Assembly (NCBI GenBank): GCA_963804995.1
Contig: CAWDSK010000006.1
Span: forward strand, 1,504,001-1,568,000
Source of the DNA: an uncultured Acidobacteriota bacterium
GTDB taxonomy: Bacteria > Acidobacteriota > Terriglobia > UBA7540
DNA: 64,000 bases
Direction: 5' to 3'
Shown here piece after piece: positions 52,519 to 63,106 of the stretch. Position numbers and translations under genes: made by a program. Positions within the stretch are counted from its first letter, which is position 1. Each line of letters begins with the position of its first letter. Under the pieces are notes generated by a model, which was given only the letters and a program-made list of their open reading frames with translations, did no database searches and had not been told where the DNA came from.

Positions 52519-54533
52519 CCGAACTTTCGCACTTCAGGGTGTTGAGTTGGGTTAACTCGCTTCTTTTCAGTACAGGCATTGCCAAGGTCTGGCCTACAAA
52601 CGCAGCATTCCAGCAGGAAAGATTTCCGGCTGGACCGTGATCCTGGGCGGTGGCTGAGTGGGGAGCACGAGCTGCAGTTCGTGCAACAGGAGCTTTTGTT
52701 CGGGTGTCGGCTCGGTGTAGCGGGGCATCACTAATCGGCGCCCATCCGTGGTCGGGAAAGACACATCGAGCATCTGCATGCCCGCCAGCTTCTCCAGCAC
52801 CGCTTTCGGCGTCAGGCCCGGAGCGTGGGCCTGCAGACGCTGTTTCAGCGTCACCCACAAGCCGTACGCCAGAAAGGCAATGAGGATGTGGGCCTCGACG
52901 CGATGTTCTATTTGATGATAAATCGGCCGAATTCCCAGCTCACTCTTCAAACACTTAAAGGCCGCTTCGATCTGCGCCAGTTGCATGTAGCGGTCCCACA
53001 ACACCTCGGGATTTTCCCCCGTCAGATTGGTGCGCAACAGATAATGTCCATCGCGCCGCTCCGCTTCCTCCAACTTGCTGCGCTCGAGCCGGAACTGGAA
53101 GGTCTGGCGAGTCACTTCTTCCTGGGCCTTGGGCACGCTGATCTTCACGAAACCGAAGGCCCGTCCGGCTTCACTCTTGGCTGCTCCGATCTTCATCAGC
53201 AACGCATCACGCGTCGGACACACGCGCCGCAAGGCCCGCAGCCTCCACAACAGCCGTGCCAGCTTGCGTCGACGGATGGCCATCTCTTTCGCCTGGCGGC
53301 CTGCGCTCTTCGCCAGCACATACAACTCGCCTTCCTCCGCGAACAGTTTCACCTCTACCGACTCGCGCACCTTCCGCCACGGCAGTTCCGTCCACTTCGC
53401 TTCGTACTGCCGGATCTTGCCCCGTGGCGTCCCCACCAGGTAAAACATCTCCCGCCCCGGGGTGCGCATCTCCGCCAGCAGTTCTTCACTGGGAACTCCC
53501 CGATCCATCATCCACACCCGCCGTGCCTTGCCGTACACGCTCTCGATCTTGTCCAGAAAACCGCGCAAGCTGTTCCGGTCGGAAGTATTCCCCTCCATCA
53601 CTTCGTAGGCCAGCGGGAAACCTTCCGGCGTCAGCACCAGGGCGATCACCACCTGCCGACAGTCGAACCGCCCGTCCCGGCTGTAACCGTGGCGGGCTTT
53701 GGGAATCGCTTCCGCCTCTCCTTCCACATAGGTGCTGGTGAGATCGTAGAGGAGCAGATCAAAGCGCGCCGCAAAGAGGTCTTGCCACCGCAGCCGCAGG
53801 TGCTGGAACAACTCCGCCTTGTGCGCCAGTATTCGATCCAGACAACGATAGAGCCGGTCCTTCTCGGCCACCGCGAAGTTCACTGCCAGCAACTCGGCCA
53901 TGGCGGTCTGATCGAACCAGTGCCGATGCACACGGAATTCGCTGCCCGGCTCGATCAACCGGTTCACCACCAGCAGCCGTAGCACCTTCTCCCACGGAAC
54001 TCCCTCGCGCCCTTCCGGCAACCTCGCCTGCCAGAACTCGTCCAGCTTCAACTGGCGCCACAGCTCGCAGCCCAACCAACAGCCACCGAAGGTGCGCGGC
54101 CGCTCAACGCGCATTTCACTCAACTTCACTTGTACGCCGTCCACAGCATCCGCAGGAAGTTCGCGGTCCTCCGGGAAGAGGCTCAGGGACGCGAGGACGC
54201 GACGGTCCTCGTCAAAAACCTCCAGCGTCTTGCGCCACGCGGATTGTTGGCTGTCGTTGATTTCGCCCAGATACAGCACCGTCCGATGCACGACCTTCAA
54301 GCGCGACACGCGCCGACTCTCGACGATGCTGAAATAACGATGTTCCTTGCCGTCCTTTTTGCGTCGATGAATCTTCAGGTGCACGCCCCAGAATGCCAGA
54401 CCTTCGCGCCCCAGAAAAGAGGGTAGGTCGGGCCTACAAGCACTCTTCAACCCGCGCCCATTGAAGGCAAAGACCTTGTGCACCGCAAGCTGCCAAAATC
54501 AGCCCGGTAGCGGGTGGAAGTGCGAAAGGCAGG
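52519..54533 (-). mobile_element. IS1634-family insertion sequence
   Basis: IRs CC-GAA-CTTTCGCACTTC / CC-TGC-CTTTCGCACTTC; CTAG on both sides (52515-52518, 54534-54537). Confidence 0.88.
52594..54384 (-). CDS. IS1634 transposase
   Basis: 'LYDLTSTY', 'GYSRD', 'GNTSD', 'MDRG', 'IEAAFKCLKSELGIRPIYHQ...RVEAH'; GTG start chosen. Confidence 0.93.
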   Translation of the reverse strand: MHLKIHRRKKDGKEHRYFSIVESRRVSRLKVVHRTVLYLGEINDSQQSAWRKTLEVFDEDRRVLASLSLFPEDRELPADAVDGVQVKLSEMRVERPRTFGGCWLGCELWRQLKLDEFWQARLPEGREGVPWEKVLRLLVVNRLIEPGSEFRVHRHWFDQTAMAELLAVNFAVAEKDRLYRCLDRILAHKAELFQHLRLRWQDLFAARFDLLLYDLTSTYVEGEAEAIPKARHGYSRDGRFDCRQVVIALVLTPEGFPLAYEVMEGNTSDRNSLRGFLDKIESVYGKARRVWMMDRGVPSEELLAEMRTPGREMFYLVGTPRGKIRQYEAKWTELPWRKVRESVEVKLFAEEGELYVLAKSAGRQAKEMAIRRRKLARLLWRLRALRRVCPTRDALLMKIGAAKSEAGRAFGFVKISVPKAQEEVTRQTFQFRLERSKLEEAERRDGHYLLRTNLTGENPEVLWDRYMQLAQIEAAFKCLKSELGIRPIYHQIEHRVEAHILIAFLAYGLWVTLKQRLQAHAPGLTPKAVLEKLAGMQMLDVSFPTTDGRRLVMPRYTEPTPEQKLLLHELQLVLPTQPPPRITVQPEIFPAGMLRL

Positions 54534-54865
54534 CTAGGTGGCCGCAAACGAGGAGATGAAAGGATTTCACCACAGAGTGCCAGCCCGCCGGATGGCGGGT
54601 CCATAGTGCCGGAAATGAAGTTTCTGGAGAGGCCACAGAGGTCACGGAGGACAGACGCGGATAAAAACTGACGGTCAACAAATCAGGGAACCTTAATTCC
54701 AAATCATTCCAGCAGAAGTACTTTTCTCTGTGGTCTCTGTGCGCTCTGTGGTGAAGCTCTTCTTACTGCGGAAAACGCTTTTGACCCTTTCTTCCCGGCA
54801 TGGTACTTTCAGGAACGAAACCCGAGGTCGCCGGGTTCACGAGTAAAATTGCACAGGCTCCAAGG

Positions 54866-55981
54866 ATGATTTCAGTCGTCATTCCGACGTACCACGAGGC
54901 GGCGGTAATCGAGGAGACCCTTCGCCGCGCGGCAGCAGCTTTACGCGCCGCATCCGTGGATTTCGAGCTGGTGGTCGTCGACGATTGCAGTATGGATGGA
55001 ACAGCAGGGTTGGCCCAATTGTTAGCCAAGGAAATGCCGGTGCAGGTGTTGATGCGCCCGGGGCGACTGGGGCTGGCCACGGCAGTGCTGGATGGGTGGA
55101 AGCTCGCGAGTGGCGACGTGTTAGGGGTCATGGACGCGGATCTCCAACACCCTCCGGAGGCGCTGACGGCGCTCGCGAAAGCAATTCAGCAGAAGGACGT
55201 GGACCTCGCCATCGGCAGTCGTTACGTGCCCGGCGGCGGCACTTCTGATTGGACCTGGGTGCGTCGCTTCATCTCCCGCACCGCGACGCACATGGCAGCG
55301 ACTGTGCTGCCGCTTAAGCTCTCGACGGTGGGCGACCCCATGTCGGGATTGTTCCTGGTTCGAAGGTCGGCTCTTAAGGATGCTTACCTGAATCCGTTAG
55401 GTTACAAGATTCTGTTGGAGGTAATCGCCAAAGCTCACTACCGGAAGCTGGTGGAAGTGCCTTATGTTTTCCAGGAACGTAAGCGGGGTGGCTCAAAGCT
55501 CGGCGCGCGCCAGTATTTGGAATATCTGCTCCACCTGGTCCGGCTGGCCGTGGGGACCGGGCAACTCATGGGCTGGATCCGCTACGGCACCGTGGCGCTG
55601 GTGGGTGCGTTGGTGGACGTTGGCCTGTTCATCAAGCTGGTTGAGCAAAAGGCCTGGCCGCCCGTGGGCGCTTTAGCCGTGGCAATTGAAGCGGCCTTGC
55701 TCAGCAATTTCTTTTGGAGTGAAGTCTTCACTTTTCGGTCGGCTGAAGCCTCCAAGTTTCGACGCGGAGTTTTGGGCCGCTTGCTGCGCTACGAAGGGAT
55801 CTGTATTCCCGGCGTGATCCTCAATATCCTCGTGACTCTCCTCTGGCTCTCGCAGGGTGGAGGATTGCTGACTGCTGCGACGGCGGGCGTTGTGGCGGGG
55901 GGTGTATTTAACTTTATAGTCAGTGTTCCCGCTATCTGGAGGACATGGGGAAGGCGACTTCCGGGGCGGCCGACCTCCTAG
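54866..55981 (+). CDS. DPM1-like GT2 glycosyltransferase fused to a GtrA domain
   Basis: 'VVIPTYHE', 'VVDDCS.DGT', 'MDADLQHPPE', 'DPMSG'; C-terminal 4-TM GtrA-like region. Confidence 0.9.
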   Translation: MISVVIPTYHEAAVIEETLRRAAAALRAASVDFELVVVDDCSMDGTAGLAQLLAKEMPVQVLMRPGRLGLATAVLDGWKLASGDVLGVMDADLQHPPEALTALAKAIQQKDVDLAIGSRYVPGGGTSDWTWVRRFISRTATHMAATVLPLKLSTVGDPMSGLFLVRRSALKDAYLNPLGYKILLEVIAKAHYRKLVEVPYVFQERKRGGSKLGARQYLEYLLHLVRLAVGTGQLMGWIRYGTVALVGALVDVGLFIKLVEQKAWPPVGALAVAIEAALLSNFFWSEVFTFRSAEASKFRRGVLGRLLRYEGICIPGVILNILVTLLWLSQGGGLLTAATAGVVAGGVFNFIVSVPAIWRTWGRRLPGRPTS

Positions 55982-56023
55982 CGGGTTTGACCCGGAAGGC
56001 AGTTGAGTAGAACGGGCACAACA

Positions 56024-56785
56024 ATGACACACAAAAGCATACCGCTCAGCAGCATCAGGCTGTCTGTTGTGGTCACGGTGTTTTCAGAGACCTTCTCCAT
56101 TGACGAGACTCTGAACATTCTGCTCGGCCGCGATCGCAACTACATTAAGGAAATCATTCTGCTGATATCACCGCGCGCCTCGCAGGAAACCTTTGACATC
56201 TGCAACCGATGGGTTTCGAAAGAACCTCGTGTCAGGTTGGAGGTTCAGAAAAACAATCCGGGAATCGGCTGGGCGTACCGCGAAGGCATGCAGGCCGCCA
56301 CGGGGAATTACGTGGTGTTGATGGCCGGTGATCTGGAAACCGAACCCGCCGCCGTGGACCGTATGGTAGAAAAGATCGCGGAAACGGGCTGCGACGAAGT
56401 GATTGCCAATCGCTGGCTGCCGGGTGGCGGTTTTACCAACTACGACCCCTTGAAATACGTCCTCAATTGGATTTTCCAGAAGATCTTTAGGGTATTGTTC
56501 TGGACCCGCATTGGGGACTTCACTTTCGGATTTAAGATTCTCAGCAAAGAGCTCACCCAAGCCGTGGCCTGGGAGGGCACGCTGCACGAGATCTGTATCG
56601 AGACCACCTTGAAACCTCTTAAGAACGGCTACTATCTGGAACAGGTTCCTACTGTTTGGGTGGGCCGAAAAGAAGGCCGCAGCGTCAACCCCTTACTCCG
56701 AAATTTCCGCTACGTGAAGATGGGATTCAAGATTTTTCTGACGCCGGTCCGGGCTGCGAATCCGAAATCTGAGGAGAGGGCGTGA
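56024..56785 (+). CDS. GT2 glycosyltransferase, divergent
   Basis: 'GIGWAYREG...ATGNYVVLMAGDLE', 'DFTFGFK'; the DxD motif is altered. Confidence 0.75.
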   Translation: MTHKSIPLSSIRLSVVVTVFSETFSIDETLNILLGRDRNYIKEIILLISPRASQETFDICNRWVSKEPRVRLEVQKNNPGIGWAYREGMQAATGNYVVLMAGDLETEPAAVDRMVEKIAETGCDEVIANRWLPGGGFTNYDPLKYVLNWIFQKIFRVLFWTRIGDFTFGFKILSKELTQAVAWEGTLHEICIETTLKPLKNGYYLEQVPTVWVGRKEGRSVNPLLRNFRYVKMGFKIFLTPVRAANPKSEERA

Positions 56786-56890
56786 AAGAAATTTGCCCCA
56801 TGGGGTTCACCAAAATTCATCAGCGGAACCCGACCTTGCCCCTCCCCGGTTGTCGCCCTATACTGTGGTGGCGGAAGCAGGCGAGCGGCA

Positions 56891-57493
56891 ATGAACATTT
56901 ACCGGGTTCTGGAGATACCCCTGGTCTATCAAATGGCCCAGGCCGTCTTGGCCCCCGGTATGGCCCGCATCGTTACCGAGCGTCTTTCCGGGACTTTTGC
57001 GCAGATACCGACCCCGGCGACAGTTCTCAACGTCGGATGCGGACCATCCTCCTGGCTTTGGAAGTTCGGCATGAAGCCGGTGGGGCTTGATCTCTGCCAT
57101 GCCTACACCAAGAAATTTCGCGACGCCGGCAACCTGTCCGTCACAGCTTCGGCCGCCATCTTGCCGTTTCCGGCTGATTCTTTTGACCTGGTGTTCAGTT
57201 ATGGCCTGCTTCATCATCTCCCGGACGCCATGGCACGCGAGACCATAGGGGAGATGGTCAGAACCACGCGGGCCGGTGGGCGCGTAGTCCTGTTTGACCC
57301 CGTGCTGCCCAAAGCGGCCTGGCGGCGTCCGCAGGCATGGGCGCTCTGCAAGCTCGATCGAGGCAGATTCATTCGATCTCAGGGCGATTACGAAACCTGC
57401 ATTTTGGGGGCAAGGGAATGGAAGACCATTCGGTTCACCCATTCCTACCTGGGCACAGAAGGTGTGCTGACCCTTCTGCAAAAGGGCCATTGA
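56891..57493 (+). CDS. Class I SAM-dependent methyltransferase
   Basis: 'VLNVGCG', 'LPFPADSFDLV', 'LHHL'. Confidence 0.85.
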   Translation: MNIYRVLEIPLVYQMAQAVLAPGMARIVTERLSGTFAQIPTPATVLNVGCGPSSWLWKFGMKPVGLDLCHAYTKKFRDAGNLSVTASAAILPFPADSFDLVFSYGLLHHLPDAMARETIGEMVRTTRAGGRVVLFDPVLPKAAWRRPQAWALCKLDRGRFIRSQGDYETCILGAREWKTIRFTHSYLGTEGVLTLLQKGH

Positions 57494-57544
57494 GGACAAT
57501 ATTCAAGCGGCCAGCCCGGTAGTCAACTGGTCTGAGGGAGTGAG

Positions 57545-58492
57545 ATGAATCTTTTGGACGAGCGATTCTTCGTGACGGGGGCGACGGGGTTCGTGGGTGC
57601 GTCCCTGGTGCGGAAGCTAGCCGGAATGGGATGCGAAGTGCATGCGCTGGTGCGCGAAGGCGCGGACCTGTGGCGGCTGCGGGGCCTCGAGCAGAAAGTG
57701 CACTTGCACACGGGCGACCTGACCGGGGCCGAGCACCTGCGCGATTTGGTGTCGGCCATCCAGCCCAGCGTCGTCTACCATCTCGCCGTGCATGGAGCGT
57801 ATCCCGACCAGACCAACGCCGACCAGATCATCCTCACCGACATTTTCGGAACCTGGAACCTGCTGAAGGCCTGCGCCGAGGTGGACTACAAAGTGTTCGT
57901 GAACACAGGTAGCTCGTCCGAATACGGCGCTAAATTGCACGCCATGCGCGAGACCGACCTGCCGGAGCCCAACAGCTACTACGCCGTGGCGAAATGCGCG
58001 CAAACCCTGGTGTGCCAACACATGGCGAGGGCTGACCGGCGCCCCGTCAACACTTTCCGGTTATTCTCGGTCTACGGCCCGTATGAGGCCCCCTCGCGCC
58101 TGATTCCCACCGTCATCCGACGATGTCTGGAAGGGAAGGACCTGGAGATGGTCTCACCCGACACCGCGCGCGATTTCATCCATGTGGACGACGTTGTGGA
58201 AGCCTTCTTGCAACTCGGCCAGTTGAGCCTGCAATGCGGGGAGACCTTCAACATCGGGACCGGGGTACAATCGACCTTGCGGGATGTGGTGAAGGCGGTC
58301 GTGGGTGCGACCGGGGCCAAAGTCAAAGTGCATTGGGGAAGCATGCCAGCGCGAGTCTGGGATACGGAAACGTGGCTGGCAGATCCCAGCAAGGTGAGGC
58401 GAGTATTGAAGTGGGCGCCCAAGATCAGCCTGACCGAAGGAATCGAGAGGACCACGGAATGGTTTCGGCGCAACTTGGCCGGGGCGCAATGA
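57545..58492 (+). CDS. NAD-dependent epimerase/dehydratase (extended SDR)
   Basis: 'TGATGFVG', 'GSSSEYG', YxxxK 'YAVAK', 'RDFIHVDD'. Confidence 0.92.
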   Translation: MNLLDERFFVTGATGFVGASLVRKLAGMGCEVHALVREGADLWRLRGLEQKVHLHTGDLTGAEHLRDLVSAIQPSVVYHLAVHGAYPDQTNADQIILTDIFGTWNLLKACAEVDYKVFVNTGSSSEYGAKLHAMRETDLPEPNSYYAVAKCAQTLVCQHMARADRRPVNTFRLFSVYGPYEAPSRLIPTVIRRCLEGKDLEMVSPDTARDFIHVDDVVEAFLQLGQLSLQCGETFNIGTGVQSTLRDVVKAVVGATGAKVKVHWGSMPARVWDTETWLADPSKVRRVLKWAPKISLTEGIERTTEWFRRNLAGAQ

Positions 58493-59389
58493 TTCACACG
58501 CAGTGCGCCATCTGCGAGAGCGACGCCTGGGACGCCGAATTGTATGGCGATCAGTTGGGGGAGGATGCGGCCACTTGTGAACGGTTTTCGGCGCAACGGC
58601 AGCCAGACAGGGTGCACTACCGCATGGTCCGTTGCCGGAAATGCGGGCTGATCCGCTCCGACCCGGTACTGCCGGAAGCAGAACTGGCGCGCTTATACCA
58701 AGGGAGCTCCTTCGACTATGCGGAGGAATCCGGGTGTGCAGGTCGCACTTATGCCCGGTATGTGCGGGATAGCTTGCCGCTGTTTAAGGGAAGAGGCAGG
58801 TTGTTGGAGATAGGCTGCGGGAACGGGTTCTTCCTCGAAAAGGCGCGTCGAGCTCGGGTTTGCCGAAGTGCAGGGGGTCGAGCCCAGTCGGCAGGCGGTC
58901 GAGGCAGCGCGCCCGGCAGTGCGAGACCGCATTAAAAACGACCTGTTTCAGGAAGGTTTGTACCCCCCGGGATGGTTCAGCTTGATTTGCGGGTTCCAGG
59001 TTTTGGATCACCTGACGCGACCGAACGAAGTACTGCGAGCCTGCCGGGTGATGTTGCAGCCCGGTGGAGTGGCGCTGTTCATCAACCATGACGCGGGAGC
59101 CTGGACAAACCGCATTCTGGGCGAACGCAGCCCGATCATCGATATCGAGCACACCTATCTGTACGACAAGAAGACCATGGCGGAGATCTTTCGCAAGAAC
59201 GGCTTTGAGGTCCTGCGGGTTTTTCCGGTGCGGAACGAATATCCGCTCGCGTACTGGTGTAAGATGGCGCCATTGCCGTCGTGGTTGAAAACTAGACTGC
59301 TGCCTGCCGTGAAGCGGTCCCCATGCGGGCAGTGGATCGTGCCGATGAGAGCGGGCAACTTGGGGATTTTGGCCCGGGCGGGAGGGTGA
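58489..59389 (+). CDS. Zn-binding SAM-dependent methyltransferase (frameshift near 58847)
   Basis: CAIC...CRKC and 'LLEIGCGNG'; continues as 'GVEPS...QVLDHL' in the next frame. Confidence 0.8.
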
Positions 59390-59395
59390 GAGCGG

Positions 59396-60118
59396 GTGCG
59401 TCGTGAGAACGTGGAGGTATTCAATCGCGACGCGGCGGCTAATGCCGGCTACGGGTATACGACCGGCGAGCGGCTGAGCAGCCGGATGGCTACCCAGCGC
59501 TCGACGGATGTGGTCACGCAGACTGAGGAGTTCGCGGGCCGCCTGGTTCTGGATCTGGGTTGCGGCGACGGCTTCTATACGGCCCGGATTTGGGACATCG
59601 GGCGGCCGCGGGGCTTGGTGGCGCTCGACGCGGCGGTGGCGGCCGTGCGGGTAGCGGCAAGCAAATTGGGTGAGCGTCCAGTGCGGTTCCTGGCTGCGGA
59701 CGGCCATCGACTTCCTTTCCGGGACGATACGTTCGATGTGGTTTTGCTGCAGAGCATCCTGCATCACGACGACACGCCAGAGGATATGGTGAAGGAAGCG
59801 CTGCGGGTGGCTCCGCGGATGGTCGTGCACGAGCCGAACGGGAACAACCTGGGGTTGAAGGTCATCGAGCGGGTATCGAAGTATCACATCGAGCACGGGG
59901 AGAAATCATACACACCGCGGCGGGTGGGCAAGTGGGTCCGAGCCGCGGGAGGAGCCGTGGTGTCCTGCCGCTTCGCGGGCTTCGTGCCGATGTTCTGCCC
60001 GGACGTCCTGGCGCGGTTGACGAAATTTCTGGAGCCCTTGGTGGAGCGCCTGCCGCTGGTGAATGCGCTGGGGTGCGCGGTATACGTGATCGTGGTGGAG
60101 AGACATGGCCGGGGCTAA
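59396..60118 (+). CDS. Class I SAM-dependent methyltransferase
   Basis: 'VLDLGCGDG', 'LPFRDDTFDVV', 'ILHH', 'EPN'. Confidence 0.85.
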   Translation: MRRENVEVFNRDAAANAGYGYTTGERLSSRMATQRSTDVVTQTEEFAGRLVLDLGCGDGFYTARIWDIGRPRGLVALDAAVAAVRVAASKLGERPVRFLAADGHRLPFRDDTFDVVLLQSILHHDDTPEDMVKEALRVAPRMVVHEPNGNNLGLKVIERVSKYHIEHGEKSYTPRRVGKWVRAAGGAVVSCRFAGFVPMFCPDVLARLTKFLEPLVERLPLVNALGCAVYVIVVERHGRG

Positions 60119-60924
60119 CTCCGTCGAAGAGCGAGCGCGTGCCATCCGTGCGAGGATCGTCCGCATGGCGCACGCCGGCAGGACGCCGCACGTGGCTTCA
60201 GCCCTCTCCTGCGCCGATGTGCTGGCAGCCTTGTATTTCGAGGTGTTGCGCATTGATCCCGCGGCGCCGGAGGACGAGGGGCGCGACCGATTCATCCTCA
60301 GCAAAGGGCACGGGTGCATGGCTCTGTACGCGGCGCTCGCCGAGCGCGGGTTCTTTTCCGAGGAAGTGCTCGAACGAGTACGCGAGGGAGGGAGGGCGAC
60401 TGGCCGAGCATCCGACCCCACGCTGCGTGCCGGGCATGGAGGTGGCCACCGGCTCGCTGGGCCATGGGCTTTCGCTGGGAGCCGGTCTGGCGCTGGCGGC
60501 CAAGATCCGCCAGCAGAGCCACCGGGTTTTCGTGCTGCTGAGTGACGCCGAGTGCGCGGAGGGCAGCGTCTGGGAGGCCGCTCTTTTCGCCCACGCGCGC
60601 GGGCTGGACAATCTGATAGCGATTGTAGACTACAACCAATGGTCAGCGATGGGCCGGACGAGCCCTTACCTGGAGCCGCTGGTGGAGAAGTGGAAGTCCT
60701 TCGGGTGGTCGTCGGTGGAGATCGACGGGCACGACGCGGGGGTGATTGCTGCCACGCTCTCACGGGCGCCGTTCGAGCCTTCCCGGCCGGCCGCGGTGGT
60801 TGCGCATACCGTCAAGGGCAAGGGCGTATCGTTCATGGAGAACGATCTGGAATGGCATTATCGCCCGCCCAACGACAACGACCTGAAGCGCGCGCTCGAG
60901 GAAATCAAGGGGTCCCGGCCATGA
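60105..60924 (+). CDS. Transketolase N-terminal (TPP-binding) subunit (frameshift near 60374)
   Basis: 'RDRFILSKGH'; then 'TGSLGHG', 'SDAECAEGSVWEA', 'DGHD', 'TVKGKG'. Confidence 0.88.
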
Positions 60925-61848
60925 GGGACGCGTTCATCCGCGGGATGATGACGCTGGCCGAGCAGGACCGGCGAGTCGTGCTGCTGACCGGCGACCTCGG
61001 CTTCAAACTTTTCGACAACTTCGCGGCGCGGTTTCGAGGACGTTTTTACAATGCCGGTGTGGCGGAAGCCAACATGATGGGCGTTGCCGGCGGGCTGGCC
61101 CTGGGCGGACTCAGGCCCTTCGCATACTCCATCGTGCCGTTCGCAACCTTGCGTTGCCTGGAACAGATTCGGAACGATATCTGCTATCAGGAGGCGGCGG
61201 TAACCGTGGTGGGCGTGGGCGGCGGGTACAGCTATGGCGCCAACGGCCCGACCCACCACTCCCTCGAAGATATTGCGGTTATGCGCTGCTTGCCGAACAT
61301 GACCGTGGTGTGTCCGGGCGATCCCGTGGAAGCGGAGTTGGCTACGCGGGCGGCGGGCGCGCACGCGGGTCCGCTTTATCTGCGGCTGGGGCGTGCGAGG
61401 GATGCCGTGGTGCATGGAAGTGTACCGCCGTTCTCAATCGGTCGGGCGATTGTGGTGCGGGAAGGCGGCGACTGCGTGCTGATTGCGACCGGCGGGATCC
61501 TGCCGGTGGCGGTGGCCGCGGCCGCGCAGTTGGCGGGTGAGGGCATCGGCTGCCGGGTGGTCAGCATGCACACGGTGAAGCCGCTCGATGAGGCTTTGCT
61601 CGAACCGGTGCGCGGCGGAATTCGGGGCCCTGTTCACGATCGAAGAACACGGCCTGATCGGCGGACTCGGCTCGGCGGTGGGAGAATGGCTGGCTGCGAG
61701 CGCCGTTCGCTGCCGGTTGCAGAGTTTCGGGGTGAGGGACGGGTTCGCGCACCTGTGCGGCAGCCAGGAGTATTTCCGCCGGATGCAGGGCCTCACCGCG
61801 GAACAGATTGCCGGGCGCATTCGCGAAGCGCTGAGGGAGCGGGTCTAG
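60921..61848 (+). CDS. Transketolase C-terminal subunit (frameshift near 61604)
   Basis: 'GVAEANMMG', 'EQIRND', 'GPTHH', 'YLRLG', 'VKPLD'; then 'TIEEH..IGGLGS'. Confidence 0.88.
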
Positions 61849-62055
61849 TGTGGTGTCCCGCGTTAGAGTTGACAATGGGTAGAACCCCCTCACCCGTCTG
61901 GCATCGGCTGATGAGAACGCCTCGGCCAGCCACCCTCTCCCCCAAAGGGGCGAGGGCAAGAAAATTTACTCTCCCCTCGCCCCTTTGGGGGAGAGGGGCT
62001 GGGGGGTGAGGGGGTCCGACAGCCTTGTCAAATATTAACCGGGACACCACACTAG
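61845..62055. mobile_element. MITE-like element with CTAG ends enclosing REP hairpins
   Basis: CTAGTGTGGTGTCCCG (16-bp perfect IR), extending imperfectly to TTGACAA/TTGTCAA. Confidence 0.8.
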
Positions 62056-63065
62056 TGCTAACCGGGAAGGCGATTTCCGTCGTGGTGGCATGCTATCGCG
62101 ACGGGGGCAACGTCCGCGAAATGTACCGCCGGCTTACCGAAGTGCTGGCTCAGGTGACGTCGCGCTACGAAATCATTTTTGTGAATGACAACAGCCCCGA
62201 TAACGCGGAAGAACTGCTCGCGGAACTGGCGGCTCAAGACGCGCGCGTGACCGTGATCTCGCACAGCCGGAATTTTGGGTCGCAGATGGCCTTCACCAGC
62301 GGCATGCGGGCGACCGTGGGCGACGCGGTTATCTTGATGGACGGCGACCTGCAAGACCCTCCTGAGTTGATTCCCGCGTTGGTGCGCGAATGGCTGGCGG
62401 GCTACGACGTGGTTTACGGAGTGCGCGAGCGGCGGCGCGAAGGCCGCCTGATGCAGGCGACGCGGAAGATTTTCTATCGCATTTACCGGCGGCTCTCCTA
62501 CCTGGAGATGCCGCTGGACGCTGGCGACTTCTCCATCATGAGCCGGCGTGTGGTCGAGGCGTTGTTGTCGATGCCGGAGCGCGATCGCTTCCTGCGCGGG
62601 CTGCGGACCTGGGTGGGATTCCGCCAAACGGGTGTTCCCTATACGCGCGCCGAGCGCTTCGCCGGGCATTCCACCAACTCGCTTCTCAACAACATCCGGT
62701 GGGCGAAACGCGGGATTTTCTCGTTCTCCTACCAGCCGCTGGAGATGATTTCGATGCTGTCATTCCTGATGACGCTGGTGACCGCAGTGGGTATTGTAGT
62801 TTACATCGTGCTTTACTTCATCCTCCCCAGCGCCCCGCGTGGTTTCCTGACGCTGCTGGTGGCAATTCTGTTCCTGGGAAGCCTGCAGTTATTCTGCCTG
62901 AGTATTCTGGCGGAATACATGGGACGCATCTTTGAGGAAGTCAAGCAGCGCCCGGCCTTCATCGTGCGCAGTATCCTGAACGACCACCGGGAGGCGTCAG
63001 GAACGGCAGCCGCAAGCGGCCTCACGGCCGGCGTGAACCAGGGCAACGCACAACCGCCCCGCTAA
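62055..63065 (+). CDS. GT2 polyprenol-phosphate glycosyltransferase (GtrB/ArnC-like)
   Basis: 'VNDNSPD', 'SRNFGSQ', 'MDGDLQDPPE', 'GDF', 'RFLRG', two C-terminal TMs. Confidence 0.9.
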   Translation: MLTGKAISVVVACYRDGGNVREMYRRLTEVLAQVTSRYEIIFVNDNSPDNAEELLAELAAQDARVTVISHSRNFGSQMAFTSGMRATVGDAVILMDGDLQDPPELIPALVREWLAGYDVVYGVRERRREGRLMQATRKIFYRIYRRLSYLEMPLDAGDFSIMSRRVVEALLSMPERDRFLRGLRTWVGFRQTGVPYTRAERFAGHSTNSLLNNIRWAKRGIFSFSYQPLEMISMLSFLMTLVTAVGIVVYIVLYFILPSAPRGFLTLLVAILFLGSLQLFCLSILAEYMGRIFEEVKQRPAFIVRSILNDHREASGTAAASGLTAGVNQGNAQPPR

Positions 63066-63106
63066 TTCATTCAGTCCCCATCGAAAAGCCTACAAATTAA
63101 TTATTT

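Noticed and set aside
60552..62009. 485-aa ORF as one protein
   Set aside because: Artefact: the true gene starts at 60921, shifts frame near 61604 and ends at 61848
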